64,000 nt of DNA from an uncultured bacterium (GTDB taxonomy: Bacteria; Oederibacteriota; JAAXVQ01; JAUVAV01): assembly GCA_964630235.1 (NCBI GenBank), contig CAZVUO010000001.1:917446-981445 (forward strand). The letters are read 5' to 3'. This document shows, one piece after another, positions 45,720-55,774 of the stretch. The notes under the pieces were generated by a model. That model searched no databases. It saw only the letters and a program-made list of their open reading frames with translations, and was not told the DNA's origin. A program made the position numbers and the translations under genes. Numbering within the stretch: the stretch's first letter is position 1; each line of letters starts with the position of its first letter.

Positions 45720-46004
45720 ATGATCTGTAAAAATTGCGGCAACCGGAAGAGTTTTCAAGCGCTCGTGACCTACTACGAACCCGTGGAGCTGTGGGAGTTC
45801 GACGACAAGGGCCAGCTCGAGCGGTACAACCAGCCCGAGACCGGGGACCTGGACATCAAGCTGTCCTGCCCCGTGTGCAACCACGAGGACATTGACCCCG
45901 AGGGGTACGAGGTGCAGACCTTTGTGGAACGCCCGCTGCACCGCCTCTCCGGCGACAAGTGGGAAGAGAAGGTTAAAACCTCGGTGGAGAACAGTAAGGT
46001 CTAA
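45720..46004 (+). CDS. Small zinc-ribbon protein inserted between gatA and gatB
   Basis: CKNCG...CPVCN, four Cys. GGAGG RBS. 94 aa. Confidence 0.55.
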   Translation: MICKNCGNRKSFQALVTYYEPVELWEFDDKGQLERYNQPETGDLDIKLSCPVCNHEDIDPEGYEVQTFVERPLHRLSGDKWEEKVKTSVENSKV

Positions 46005-46019
46005 AGGCAGGTCGCCGGC

Positions 46020-47510
46020 ATGGGGCATGACTACGAAGTGGTGATCGGGCTGGAGGTGCACGCCGAACTGGCCACTGCCTCCAAAATTTTCTGCGGCTGT
46101 CCCACGGCCTTCGGGGCGCCGCCCAACACCCAGACCTGCCCGGTCTGCCTGGGCCTGCCGGGGTCCCTGCCGGTGTTCAACCGGCGGGTGCTGGAGCTGG
46201 CCGTCCGCGCCGCCCTGGCGCTCGCGTGCGAGATCGCGCCTCAGACCAAGTTCGACCGCAAGAATTATTTCTATCCTGACCTGCCCAAAGCCTACCAGAT
46301 CTCCCAGTACGACCTGCCCCTGGCCCTGCACGGCCGTCTGACCATTGACACACCCGAAGGGGCCCGGACGATCGGCATCACCCGCGTGCACATGGAAGAG
46401 GACGCGGGCAAACTCCTGCACCAGACCGCTGGCGGCCAGATCGGCCGGGCCGCGAGCTCCCTGGTGGATTACAACCGCGCGGGCGTGCCGCTCATCGAGA
46501 TCGTCAGCGAACCGGACCTGCGCTCGCCCGAAGAAGCCTACGCCTATCTCGCCGAACTCAAGGCCATCCTGCGCTATACGGACGTGTCGGACTGCAACAT
46601 GGAGGAGGGCAGCCTGCGCTGCGACGCCAACATTTCAGTCCGTCCCCGGGGCCAGCAGGCCTTGGGCGCCAAGATCGAAGTCAAGAACATGAACTCCTTC
46701 AAGAACGTGCGGGATGCCCTGGCCTATGAAGCTGAGCGTCAGATCCGGGCGGTGTCCGAGGGCGCGGTGCTGACCCAGGAAACCCGGCTGTGGGACGCGG
46801 AGCAGGGCAAGACCCTGCCCATGCGCGGCAAGGAAGAGGCGCATGACTACCGCTATTTCCCCGAGCCGGATCTGCCGCGCCTGGCGCCGGAAGCGGGATG
46901 GATCGAGGACATCAGGAAGAATCTGCCTGAGCTGCCGCGCGCGAAGCGGGGACGGTTTCAGGCCCAGCACCGCCTGAGCGCCTACGACGCAGGCGTCCTG
47001 ACCACGACGCGCCTTCTGGCCGATTTTTTCGAGGCGGCGGTCGGGTCCGCGCCAGTCCCGGTTCCCGAAACCTTGCCCAAAGCGGTCAGCAATTGGCTGA
47101 CCGGCGACTATCTTGGACGCCTCAACGCCGAAGGCAAGGACCTGGAGCGCGAGACCCCGGCCACCCTGCCGATCAAGCCGGAACAACTGGGACGGTTGGC
47201 CGCGCTCACCAGCTCCGGCGAGATCTCCTCGAAGATCGGGAAACAGGTTTTCGACGAGATGTTCACCACCGGCAAGGACCCCGACGACATCATCAAAGCC
47301 GAGGGCTTATCCCAGATCTCCGACCCCGAGGCCTTGGGCCGCCTGGTGGAGCAGGCGATTGCGGCGAATCCCGGGCCAGCGGCGGAATATCGCAAGGGCA
47401 AGCAGCAGGCCCTGGGTTTTCTGGTCGGGCAGATCATGAAAGCGTCGCGGGGCAAGGCCAATCCGCAGATGATCAACCAGTTGCTGCGGGAGAAGTTATT
47501 GGGCTCATAA
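46020..47510 (+). CDS. gatB: Glu/Asp-tRNA amidotransferase subunit B
   Basis: N-terminus [17 protein letters not shown]...CGCPT...CPVCLGLPG. Confidence 0.92.
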   Translation: MGHDYEVVIGLEVHAELATASKIFCGCPTAFGAPPNTQTCPVCLGLPGSLPVFNRRVLELAVRAALALACEIAPQTKFDRKNYFYPDLPKAYQISQYDLPLALHGRLTIDTPEGARTIGITRVHMEEDAGKLLHQTAGGQIGRAASSLVDYNRAGVPLIEIVSEPDLRSPEEAYAYLAELKAILRYTDVSDCNMEEGSLRCDANISVRPRGQQALGAKIEVKNMNSFKNVRDALAYEAERQIRAVSEGAVLTQETRLWDAEQGKTLPMRGKEEAHDYRYFPEPDLPRLAPEAGWIEDIRKNLPELPRAKRGRFQAQHRLSAYDAGVLTTTRLLADFFEAAVGSAPVPVPETLPKAVSNWLTGDYLGRLNAEGKDLERETPATLPIKPEQLGRLAALTSSGEISSKIGKQVFDEMFTTGKDPDDIIKAEGLSQISDPEALGRLVEQAIAANPGPAAEYRKGKQQALGFLVGQIMKASRGKANPQMINQLLREKLLGS

Positions 47511-47530
47511 CAAAGTGACCGTCAGTGCGA

Positions 47531-47624
47531 GCAACAAAGAGAGCGCGGCAATCTGATTTTGCTCGAATAATACGAGATTGCTTCGTCGCCCCGAAGGGAA
47601 CTCCTCGCAATGACGAGGCGAAGG
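47531..47624 (+). mobile_element. MITE-like element with 11-bp terminal inverted repeats GTCAGTGCGAG / CTCGCAATGAC
   Basis: Terminal inverted repeats plus internal GCGGCAATC / GATTGCTTCG complementary segments. Non-coding and intergenic. Confidence 0.55.
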
Positions 47625-47669
47625 TTTTGATAACACTCTGCTAATTCAGCACCGGGAGGAGACAACCTT

Positions 47670-49070
47670 TTGTCCACCGCCTCAACCACGCCGGCCGCGG
47701 TCCGGGTGGGCGAAGAACTTGAACTGGCGGTCACGAGCCTGGCCTACGGCGGCGAGGGCATCGGCCGCCACGGCGGGCTGGTGGTGTTCGTGGCCGGCGC
47801 CCTGCCCGGCGACCGCGTCACCTGCCGCGTGCAGCAGGTCAAATCCCATTTCGCGCGCGCGGACCTGATCGCGGTTCTCGAGGCCTCGCCGGACCGGGTC
47901 GAACCTTTCTGCCCCCTGGCCCGCGAATGCGGCGGCTGCACCTGGCAGCATCTCGCCTACCCGGCCCAGGTCCAGGCCAAGCAGCTGTTCGTGCAGAACG
48001 CCCTCCAGCACGTGGGCCGGATTCGAAACGCCGCGGTGCCGGGCGTCATCAAGGCGGTTCCGCAAACCGGGTACCGGCACAAGATCCAGATCCCCCTGCA
48101 GTCCCAGAACGGAGCCCTGGCCGCCGGTTTTTACGCGGCCAAGACCCATCGCGTCATCCCGATGGACGAATGTCCGGTCCAACCGCCTTTGGGCAACCGC
48201 CTCCTCCGGGCGGTGCGCGATTTGGCCGCGGATTTCAATTACCACGGATACGATGAGACCGAACGGCAAGGCGACTTACGGCACCTCGTGATCCGGCTGG
48301 GACTGCATACCAAGGAAGCCCTGGCCATCCTGGTGACGCCTCAGTCCGCGGTTCCGCGCCTTGAAGAATTCGCCGGCCACCTGATGCAGCGGGTTCCCGA
48401 GCTGGTGGGTGTGGTCCAGAACGTGAACCCCGAGGCCACGAATGTCATTTTGGGCCGCACCTTCAAGCCGCTGGCAGGCCATCCGTATATATATGAAGAG
48501 ATCGAAGGCCTCCGGTTCAGGATCTCCGCCGGCTCGTTCTTCCAGGTCAATCCGTTTCAGGTGCCGCTCCTGCTGGCCGCGGTCAGCCAGGCCGCGGACC
48601 TGACCGGCCGGGAAAGCGTGGTGGACCTTTACTGCGGCGTGGGGCTCCTGACCCTGGCCCTGGCGCGGCAGGCGCGCCTGGTGGTGGGGGTGGAGGACGT
48701 GCCCGGCGCCGTGGAGGACGCCCAGGCCAACAAACATCTGAACGGCTTCTCCCACGTCGAATTCCTGGCTGCGGACGCGGCCGCCGGGTTCAAGCAGCTG
48801 GCGGCCAAGGGCTTGCAGCCGGACGTGGTGCTGCTCGATCCGCCGCGCAAAGGCGCGGACCCGAAAGTCCTGGCTCAGTTGGACCAGCACAAACCCAAGC
48901 GCGTGGTCATGGTCTCCTGCAATCCGGTCACCCTGGCCCGCGACCTGGCGCGCCTGGCCGCTTCCGGGTACCGGGTCCTGCAAGCCCAGCCGCTGGATTT
49001 TTTTCCGCACACCTATCATGTGGAGACCGTGGCCACGCTGGTCAGGAAAAACAACCAAGGGAAGCGTTGA
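47670..49070 (+). CDS. rlmD: 23S rRNA (uracil-C5)-methyltransferase RlmD/RumA
   Basis: TRAM domain, 4Cys Fe-S motif (CPLARECGGCTWQ), SAM MTase (DLYCGVG) and NPPR. TTG start with a GGGAGGA RBS. Confidence 0.88.
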   Translation: MSTASTTPAAVRVGEELELAVTSLAYGGEGIGRHGGLVVFVAGALPGDRVTCRVQQVKSHFARADLIAVLEASPDRVEPFCPLARECGGCTWQHLAYPAQVQAKQLFVQNALQHVGRIRNAAVPGVIKAVPQTGYRHKIQIPLQSQNGALAAGFYAAKTHRVIPMDECPVQPPLGNRLLRAVRDLAADFNYHGYDETERQGDLRHLVIRLGLHTKEALAILVTPQSAVPRLEEFAGHLMQRVPELVGVVQNVNPEATNVILGRTFKPLAGHPYIYEEIEGLRFRISAGSFFQVNPFQVPLLLAAVSQAADLTGRESVVDLYCGVGLLTLALARQARLVVGVEDVPGAVEDAQANKHLNGFSHVEFLAADAAAGFKQLAAKGLQPDVVLLDPPRKGADPKVLAQLDQHKPKRVVMVSCNPVTLARDLARLAASGYRVLQAQPLDFFPHTYHVETVATLVRKNNQGKR

Positions 49071-49095
49071 CCGGCGGCGGAAGCCAATCCTCTTT

Positions 49096-49334
49096 GTCAT
49101 TGCGAGCGACCGGAGGAAGTCCCATAGCTATCCGGTCGGGGCGACCGGAGGAAGTCCCATAGCTATCCGGTCGGGGCGACCGGAGGAAGTCCCATAGCTA
49201 TCCGGTCGGGGCGACCGGAGGAAGTCCCATAGCTATCCGGTCGGGGCGACCGGAGGAAGCGAAGCAATCGCGCTTTTCTCAAAGTCGAGATTGCCGCGTC
49301 GCCCTTCGGCAAGCCCGGGGCTTCTCGCCATGAC
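49096..49334 (+). mobile_element. MITE-like element (terminal repeats GTCATTGCGAG / CTCGCCATGAC) carrying an internal tandem expansion
   Basis: Flanks match the reverse complement of the 58561-58659 copy. The interior has 4.4 perfect 35-bp repeats. Confidence 0.6.
49107..49259 (+). repeat. Perfect tandem repeat, 35-bp unit x 4.4 (CGACCGGAGGAAGTCCCATAGCTATCCGGTCGGGG)
   Basis: Four identical units plus a 13-bp partial unit. No spacers, so this is not a CRISPR array. Confidence 0.9.
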
Positions 49335-49368
49335 CCCTATGGCAGCGAAAAGTTGAGGACCAAGAAGC

Positions 49369-51951
49369 ATGAAGAAAAAACTCCTGCTCATTGACGGCAC
49401 GGCCCAGCTGTACCGCGCGTTCTACGCCATTAAGGAGCTGACCGATCCCAAGGGCCGGCCCGTGAACGCGGTGTACGGTTTTGCCCAAACCCTGCTCAAC
49501 CTGCTTGCGACGTTTTCTCCCACGCATGCGGCGTCGGTTTTCGACCGGCCGGAACCCACCCACCGGCACGCGCAATTTCCGGCTTACAAAGCCCAGCGCG
49601 AAACCGTGCCCGAAGGGCTGGTGGCGCAGATTCCGCTGGTGCGCAGCCTGACCGAGGCGTTCAGCGTCCGCCCCATCGAACAGCCGGGCTGGGAGGCGGA
49701 CGACCTCATTGCCACTCTGGCCCGGCGGGCGCGGCGGGAAGGCTTCGAAGTCCTGATCTTCAGCAACGACAAAGACCTCCTGCAGCTGGTGGGCGACGGC
49801 GTCCGCCTGGTCCGGCCCCAGCGTCCGGGACATAAAGACTACGAGGTGCTGGACCCTGCCGGCGTGGAACAGGCCTTTGGCGTCCCCCCGGACCAGGTGG
49901 CGGAGGTGCTGGCGCTCATGGGCGACAGTTCGGACAATATTCCCGGCGTGCCGGGCGTAGGTCCGAAAACCGCGGTGGAACTGATCCGCGTTCACGGGTC
50001 GCTGCAAAATCTCTATGCCGATCTCTCCCGCGTGCCGCAGCCAAAGCTGCGCGAAAAACTGGCCGCGCACCGCGCCGAGGCCGAACAGGCCCGCGGGCTG
50101 GTGCTCCTGCGCGGCGATGCCTCACTGGCTGTTTCCTGGGAGGAGCTTGCCCTTCCGGGTAAAACACCGGACGCGGCCTATGCGCTGCTGGCCGAGCTGG
50201 GTTTCAAACGCCTCCTCCTGCGGCAGGGAGCGGCCGGCCCGGCCCAGGCCGGGACCTGGGCTCAGGACCTTCGCGCCGACGCGGATCCGGCGGCCGTGCT
50301 GGCCGAGGCCCGGGCCTCCAAACTGCTGGCCGTGGAACGCCTGCCCGGGGGTGTGGCCTTGGCCGCATCGGCCCGTTCCGCGGCCTGGCTGCCTTTCGCG
50401 GACCCGGATGCGGGTTCGGCGCTGGAGGACTGGTTTGGCCTCCACCCCGAGGTGGTCGAGATTCTCGCTGATCCCGCGGTCGGCAAGATCGGCTATGACC
50501 TCAAAGCCCTGGCCACGGCCCTGTGCCGCCTGGGGCGCGCGCTGCAGGGTCCTCTCGAGGACCTCCACCTGATCGCGCACCTCCTGGACCTGCCGAGCAA
50601 CCGGCCGGCGGATTTCGCGGCCCGGCTTCTGGGCGGGCCGCCGCCCGAGGACAAACTCGCCGTGCTGGCCTGCGCCTGGCTGCTGGTCGGGCGCACGCTC
50701 CGGGCCCAGCTCGCCGAAAAGGAATCGGAGCGGTTGTACCGCGACGTCGAACTGCCGCTCCTGCCGGTTTTGGCGGACATGGAAGCGCGGGGCGTGGCCG
50801 TGGACAGCCAGGCCCTGTCCGACATGGCCGAGGACCTGGGGCGGGAGATGTCCGGCCTGGAGGCGGAGATCCGCCACCTGGCCGGCGGGGAATTCAACCT
50901 GCGCTCGACCCAGCAGCTCGCGGAGGTGCTGTTCGACCGGCTGGGGCTGGCCTCCGGAAAAAAAACCAAGACCGGCCGATCGACCAGCGTGGACGTGCTT
51001 GAGCAACTGGCCGCTCAGCACCCCCTGCCGCAGAAAATTCTGGACTACCGGCAGGCGCAGAAACTGAAATCCACCTACCTCGACGTGCTGCCCCAGCTGG
51101 TGGACCCCCGCGACGGCCGCGTGCATACCACTTTCCACCAAGTGGGCGCGGCCACGGGCCGGCTCTCGTCCTCGGACCCGAACCTCCAGAACATCCCGGT
51201 GCGGACCGAGCGCGGCCGCGAGCTGCGCAGAATGTTCGTGCCCGGCTCGCCGGGGGTTCGCCTGCTCTCGGCGGATTATTCCCAGATCGAGCTGCGCCTG
51301 CTGGCGCATTTTTCGGAGGACCCGCGCATGATCGCGGATTTCCAGGAGGGCCTGGACATCCACCAGGCGACAGCCGCCGAGATCTTCAACGTGCCCAGGG
51401 AGCAGGTTACGCCGGACATGCGGCGCCAGGCGAAAACCTGTAATTTCGGCATCGCCTACGGCGTCAGTCCTTTCGGACTGGCGCGCCAGCTCAGGATTTC
51501 GAACCAGCGGGCCAAGGCGTTCATAGACGGTTTTTACGCCCGCTATCCCCGCGTGCGTCGCTACCTGGACCACCTGCTGACCACGGCGCGGCGCCAGGGC
51601 TATGTCAGCACGTTTCTCGGCCGGCGCCGGCCCACGCCCGACGTGTCGTCGGCCAACCGCGCGGTCCGCGAGGCGGGAGAACGCATGGCCATCAATATGC
51701 CGATCCAGGGTTCGGCCGCGGATCTGATCAAGCTGGCCATGGTCGCGGTCGCCAAGGACCTGGCCGAACGGAAGCTGCGGTCACGCATGATTCTGCAGGT
51801 GCACGACGAGCTGCTGTTCGAGGGTCCGGAATCGGAAATGCCCGAACTGGGCGAACGGGTCCGCGACCGCATGAGCGGGATCCATCCTTTGAAAGTTCCC
51901 CTGGTCGTGGACGTAGCCTGGGGGAACAACTGGATGGAAGCGCACGGATAG
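49369..51951 (+). CDS. polA: DNA polymerase I (5' nuclease plus a vestigial 3'-5' exo domain plus polymerase)
   Basis: 5'-3' exonuclease N-terminus and polymerase motifs A/B/C (DYSQIELR, RRQAKTCNFGIAYG, QVHDEL). Confidence 0.92.
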   Translation: MKKKLLLIDGTAQLYRAFYAIKELTDPKGRPVNAVYGFAQTLLNLLATFSPTHAASVFDRPEPTHRHAQFPAYKAQRETVPEGLVAQIPLVRSLTEAFSVRPIEQPGWEADDLIATLARRARREGFEVLIFSNDKDLLQLVGDGVRLVRPQRPGHKDYEVLDPAGVEQAFGVPPDQVAEVLALMGDSSDNIPGVPGVGPKTAVELIRVHGSLQNLYADLSRVPQPKLREKLAAHRAEAEQARGLVLLRGDASLAVSWEELALPGKTPDAAYALLAELGFKRLLLRQGAAGPAQAGTWAQDLRADADPAAVLAEARASKLLAVERLPGGVALAASARSAAWLPFADPDAGSALEDWFGLHPEVVEILADPAVGKIGYDLKALATALCRLGRALQGPLEDLHLIAHLLDLPSNRPADFAARLLGGPPPEDKLAVLACAWLLVGRTLRAQLAEKESERLYRDVELPLLPVLADMEARGVAVDSQALSDMAEDLGREMSGLEAEIRHLAGGEFNLRSTQQLAEVLFDRLGLASGKKTKTGRSTSVDVLEQLAAQHPLPQKILDYRQAQKLKSTYLDVLPQLVDPRDGRVHTTFHQVGAATGRLSSSDPNLQNIPVRTERGRELRRMFVPGSPGVRLLSADYSQIELRLLAHFSEDPRMIADFQEGLDIHQATAAEIFNVPREQVTPDMRRQAKTCNFGIAYGVSPFGLARQLRISNQRAKAFIDGFYARYPRVRRYLDHLLTTARRQGYVSTFLGRRRPTPDVSSANRAVREAGERMAINMPIQGSAADLIKLAMVAVAKDLAERKLRSRMILQVHDELLFEGPESEMPELGERVRDRMSGIHPLKVPLVVDVAWGNNWMEAHG

Positions 51952-51957
51952 AAAGAC

Positions 51958-52058
51958 GCGAGCCTGAGGCGGAAACTTTTTTTGCTGCGGAACTCGCCCT
52001 TCGACAGGCTCAGGGCTCAGACAGTCCTCGCTTCAAAAAGTCTCCGCCTCAGGCTCGC
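51958..52058 (+). other. 24-bp inverted repeat with a 50-nt loop between polA and coaE
   Basis: GCGAGCCTGAGGCGGAAACTTTTT ... AAAAAGTCTCCGCCTCAGGCTCGC. Confidence 0.55.
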
Positions 52059-52149
52059 TAATGGGGTGAAGAAAAAGGAAAAGCGATTTCCCAATACGGC
52101 TCAGGGCGCGTCTGGGTATAATAAGCGATAAGAAAGCCAAGGGGGGGCA

Positions 52150-52881
52150 GTGGGCAAAACCCGATCCACCAGCAAGGTCCCGGTTCTGGTCGTTACCGGC
52201 GGCAGCGGTTCGGGCAAGAGCACGGTTGCCGCGGTGTTCGGCCGGCTCGGCGCGCGCGTCCTGGACGTGGACCGCCTTGCCCACAAGTTGTTGTTGCCCG
52301 GAACCCCGGCCTGGCACGCGGTCGTGAAGGAATTTTGCGGAGCCCGCTGGCGCGGCTCAGGGCCGCTCCGGCCGCCCTTGGCGCCGGGCAAATTCAGCGA
52401 CCGGCAGGGCCGGCCCCTGCCGGAGCTGCCCTGGGTGCTGGCGCCGAGCGGCGCCATCCGGCGCGACCGGCTGGGCGCGACGGTTTTCGCCAACCCTGCC
52501 GCGTTGCGCGCGCTGAACCGGATCACCCATCCGCGCCTGCGCCGGTTGCTGGAGCAGGAGATCCGCCGCCACCGCCGCCGCGCCCGTCCCTTGGTGCTGG
52601 ATATGGCTGTATATCCCGAAAAGGTTTTTCGCGGTCTCGGCGACCGGGTGTTGTGGGTGCGCTCGTCCGCCGGCCAGCGGGCCCGGCGCCTGATCCGGCG
52701 TTTGGGGCTCTCCCCGGCCGCGGCCAGCGCCCGCATCCGGCGACAGCGTCCGGACCAGGACTACCGCCGGCTGGCGGACCTGGTGCTGTCCAACCAGGGC
52801 TCGCTGGTCCGCCTCCGGCAGGCCGCCCGCAAAGCCTGGCCGCGCCTCTTGACCCGGCCTAAACGAAAAAGGAGCGCCTGA
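52150..52881 (+). CDS. coaE: Dephospho-CoA kinase
   Basis: GGSGSGKST P-loop, conserved position after polA. GTG start. Confidence 0.82.
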   Translation: MGKTRSTSKVPVLVVTGGSGSGKSTVAAVFGRLGARVLDVDRLAHKLLLPGTPAWHAVVKEFCGARWRGSGPLRPPLAPGKFSDRQGRPLPELPWVLAPSGAIRRDRLGATVFANPAALRALNRITHPRLRRLLEQEIRRHRRRARPLVLDMAVYPEKVFRGLGDRVLWVRSSAGQRARRLIRRLGLSPAAASARIRRQRPDQDYRRLADLVLSNQGSLVRLRQAARKAWPRLLTRPKRKRSA

Positions 52882-54302
52882 TGCTGTTTTGGTTCCAACA
52901 CCATCCGGCCTATCGCTGGCTGTGGCTGCTGGGGTTGCTGCTGGCGTATCCCGTGATTGTGGTCATGGTCCAGACCAGCGGCGAGCCGGGATGGTTGTCC
53001 GCGGCCGTGCTGATCCCAGCCGCGGGGCTGTGGTGCGTGGGGCTGGCGGCCGGCAACGGTCTCGCGGTTTTCACCATGCTGCTGTACTGGTTTTTGGCCT
53101 TGCGGGAAACGGACCCGGCCGCCCGTTCGGCTCTCCTGGTTCATCTGCCGGTCACCCTGCTGACCTGGGGCGCGGCCCTGTTTTTCCACGTCCGGTCCGC
53201 GGCCGAACAGCGGGAGCACGCGCGCCACCTGGAACGGCTGCGCGAGCGGCTGGCCCTGGCGCGCGAACAATACAAGACCGACATCGTGGTCAACGTTTCC
53301 AACCAGAGAAAATTCAAAAAATACTCCGACTTGAACCGCGCCTCGCGCATCTTCGGGCTGCAACTGGCCTTGGACAAACTGGCGGACCGCGTGCTGAACG
53401 AAGTGCGCCAGATCATCGGGGCGGAACGCGGGCGCTACCTGGTTTCCTTCGAATTTCCCGAACGCACGGAGATCGTCTTCCAGTGCCTGCCGACGGACGC
53501 GGAACAGCACCAGCAGCCCGATGACGCCTACACCCGCTGGACCCTGCAGCACCGCACGCCGCTTCTGGTCAGCGATACCCTGCATGATTTCCGTTTCCAG
53601 GCGCCCGAACCCGGCGCCTTGGTCCGGAGCCTCATGCTGGTGCCCATGCTTTCGGGCGCCCACGTGTTCGGGATGCTCCGGGCCGAGAGCCCGTGGCCGG
53701 ACATTTTTTCCAAGGATGATCTGCGCCTCTTCACCCTGCTGGGGGACCTGGCCGGCGTGGCCGCGGAGAACGCCCACCTCTACCAGTGCGCCCAGGAGCT
53801 GGCCATCACCGACGGGCTGACCGGCCTGTACCTGAGGCGGTTCTTCAACCAGCGTTTTGCCGAGGAACTGGAGCGCCACCAGGAGCACGGCGAGATCTTC
53901 TCCCTCATCATTCTCGACATTGACCATTTCAAGCGCATCAATGACCGCTTGGGGCATCTGGCCGGCGACCAGATCCTAGCCCAGTTCGGGGAAGCCCTGA
54001 AGGCCGAGGCCCGCGTCATGGACTTGGTCTGCCGGTTCGGCGGCGAGGAGTTCGCCCTGATCCTGCCCCACACGCCCGTGGAAGGGGCGCTGGTCATGGC
54101 CGAGCGCATCCGCGTCCATATCAGCCAGCGCGAATTCCAGGCCGGCGTCGAACGCCTGCGCCTCACGGTCAGCGGCGGCGTGGGGGAATGTCCGCGGCAC
54201 GGCCGGCAGATGGTCGAAATCATCCGGCAGACCGACTCGGCGCTGTACGAGGCCAAACGGCAGGGGCGCAACCGCGTGTTCGCCGCCGGAGGCGCGTCAT
54301 GA
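52881..54302 (+). CDS. Membrane-anchored GAF-GGDEF diguanylate cyclase
   Basis: N-terminal TM helices, a GAF-like middle, and a GGDEF domain with RFGGEEF. TGATG overlap with coaE. Confidence 0.8.
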   Translation: MLFWFQHHPAYRWLWLLGLLLAYPVIVVMVQTSGEPGWLSAAVLIPAAGLWCVGLAAGNGLAVFTMLLYWFLALRETDPAARSALLVHLPVTLLTWGAALFFHVRSAAEQREHARHLERLRERLALAREQYKTDIVVNVSNQRKFKKYSDLNRASRIFGLQLALDKLADRVLNEVRQIIGAERGRYLVSFEFPERTEIVFQCLPTDAEQHQQPDDAYTRWTLQHRTPLLVSDTLHDFRFQAPEPGALVRSLMLVPMLSGAHVFGMLRAESPWPDIFSKDDLRLFTLLGDLAGVAAENAHLYQCAQELAITDGLTGLYLRRFFNQRFAEELERHQEHGEIFSLIILDIDHFKRINDRLGHLAGDQILAQFGEALKAEARVMDLVCRFGGEEFALILPHTPVEGALVMAERIRVHISQREFQAGVERLRLTVSGGVGECPRHGRQMVEIIRQTDSALYEAKRQGRNRVFAAGGAS

Positions 54303-55750
54303 ACCGGACCGTCAAGCATTACAGCCTGCTGACGCTCGGCTGGCTCCTGGTCGCCAGCCTCATGCTGCTCGGTCAGGATCCTGAAGTCCCCAACGGCTTC
54401 GCGCTGCTGCTGCTCCCGCTCGTCATCCTGGGCGGCGCCCTGGAGATTACCGCCGGCATCGTGGTCACCAGCGCGATGGCGGCCGCTTCTCTGGTGGCCG
54501 GTTTCGGGCTGCACTGGCTGCCGCAGCCGGCCGCGGTGACCACGCTGGTGGCGGTCAGCCTGGCCGCGGGGCTGGCGGCCCTGGCGGCACAGGACCGGGA
54601 GGGGCGGCTCAAGGCCGAGACGCGCGAGCGCGAGCCTCTGGAGCACGAACTTCTCCGCGTGGAACGGAAAGGGTACCAGATCCGCCGCCAGATCGAGGGA
54701 TACAAGGAAAAGCTGGACCACCTGATCAGCTTGTACGCAGTGGCCAAAAAGCTTTCGGGCACCATCAAGTTGGACAGCATGCTGGACGAGGCGCGCCTGG
54801 AAGTGGCCCGGCTCTTTCCCCAGCACTTCTCCAGCCAGAGTGAGGAGGACGCCCGCCTGGTCTTCTATGTGCCGGACGAGGAGTCCGGTGATTTCCAGCG
54901 CATGGGATTGCGCGGCCACGAGGTGTCGGACGAAGGCTTCCCGGACCAGGTCCCGGCCGCGGAAATTCTCGACTGGCTGGGCGAATCCTACAGCGCCATC
55001 CGGATCAAGGACATGCGCCAGGACCCGCGTTTCCGCTACCTGACCCAGCAGAGCCAGTTCCGGTCCCTGTTGGCCATTCCGCTGATCATGCACGACATTG
55101 TCATTGGCCTGATGCTGCTCGCCACGTCCCAGCCCGGGAGTTTCACACCCACGGATTTCACCCAGGCCGAGACCCTGGGCAAACAGATCGTCTTCGCCCT
55201 GCGGAAATCCCTGCTCTACCGCAAGGTTCAGACGCTCTCTTTCACGGACAGCCAGACCGGCCTGTACGTGCACCGCTATTTCCACGAGCGGCTGCGCGAG
55301 GAGATCCACCGCGCGGAACGCTACCGCCAGCACCTGTCCCTGATCATGCTCGACCTGGACCATTTCAAGCGCGTCAACGACCAGCACGGGCACCAGGTCG
55401 GGGATGCCGTCCTGGCGGAGGCCGCGAGCCGGATCCAGGAAATGGCCGGTCCCACGTCCCTGGTGGCGCGCTATGGCGGCGAGGAATTCGCGGTGCTCCT
55501 GCCCAATACCCCGCTGGCCAGGGCCGCGGTCATCGCGCAGAGCATCAATACCTATCTCAAGGCCACGCCCATTGACGCCGGGGAGCTGAAACTGACCTTG
55601 ACCATCTCCGCCGGGGTTAGTTCGTATCCCGAACACGCGCTGTCCCGGGAGGCGTTGATCGGCGCCGCCGACATGGCCCTCTACCAGGCCAAGAATGACG
55701 GCCGGGACCTGGTCCGGTTCTTTCAGGAAGGATATCCAAAAAAAAGTTGA
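54299..55750 (+). CDS. Membrane-anchored GAF-GGDEF diguanylate cyclase (tandem paralog)
   Basis: Same architecture, RYGGEEF. ATGA overlap with the upstream paralog. Confidence 0.8.
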   Translation: MNRTVKHYSLLTLGWLLVASLMLLGQDPEVPNGFALLLLPLVILGGALEITAGIVVTSAMAAASLVAGFGLHWLPQPAAVTTLVAVSLAAGLAALAAQDREGRLKAETREREPLEHELLRVERKGYQIRRQIEGYKEKLDHLISLYAVAKKLSGTIKLDSMLDEARLEVARLFPQHFSSQSEEDARLVFYVPDEESGDFQRMGLRGHEVSDEGFPDQVPAAEILDWLGESYSAIRIKDMRQDPRFRYLTQQSQFRSLLAIPLIMHDIVIGLMLLATSQPGSFTPTDFTQAETLGKQIVFALRKSLLYRKVQTLSFTDSQTGLYVHRYFHERLREEIHRAERYRQHLSLIMLDLDHFKRVNDQHGHQVGDAVLAEAASRIQEMAGPTSLVARYGGEEFAVLLPNTPLARAAVIAQSINTYLKATPIDAGELKLTLTISAGVSSYPEHALSREALIGAADMALYQAKNDGRDLVRFFQEGYPKKS

Positions 55751-55774
55751 CAGGGTGCGGGTCCTTGGCTATAC
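55746..55774 (+). promoter_or_regulatory. Putative sigma-70 promoter of rho (TTGACA-N17-TATACT), followed by a leader of about 240 nt
   Basis: Perfect -35 with a 5/6 -10 at canonical spacing. The long leader is typical for autoregulated rho. Confidence 0.5.

Noticed and set aside
49107-49259. The tandem direct repeats were considered as a possible CRISPR array.
   Set aside because: The units are directly adjacent with no spacers, the unit length is 35 bp with no intervening unique sequence, and there are no cas genes. This is a minisatellite inside a MITE-like element.
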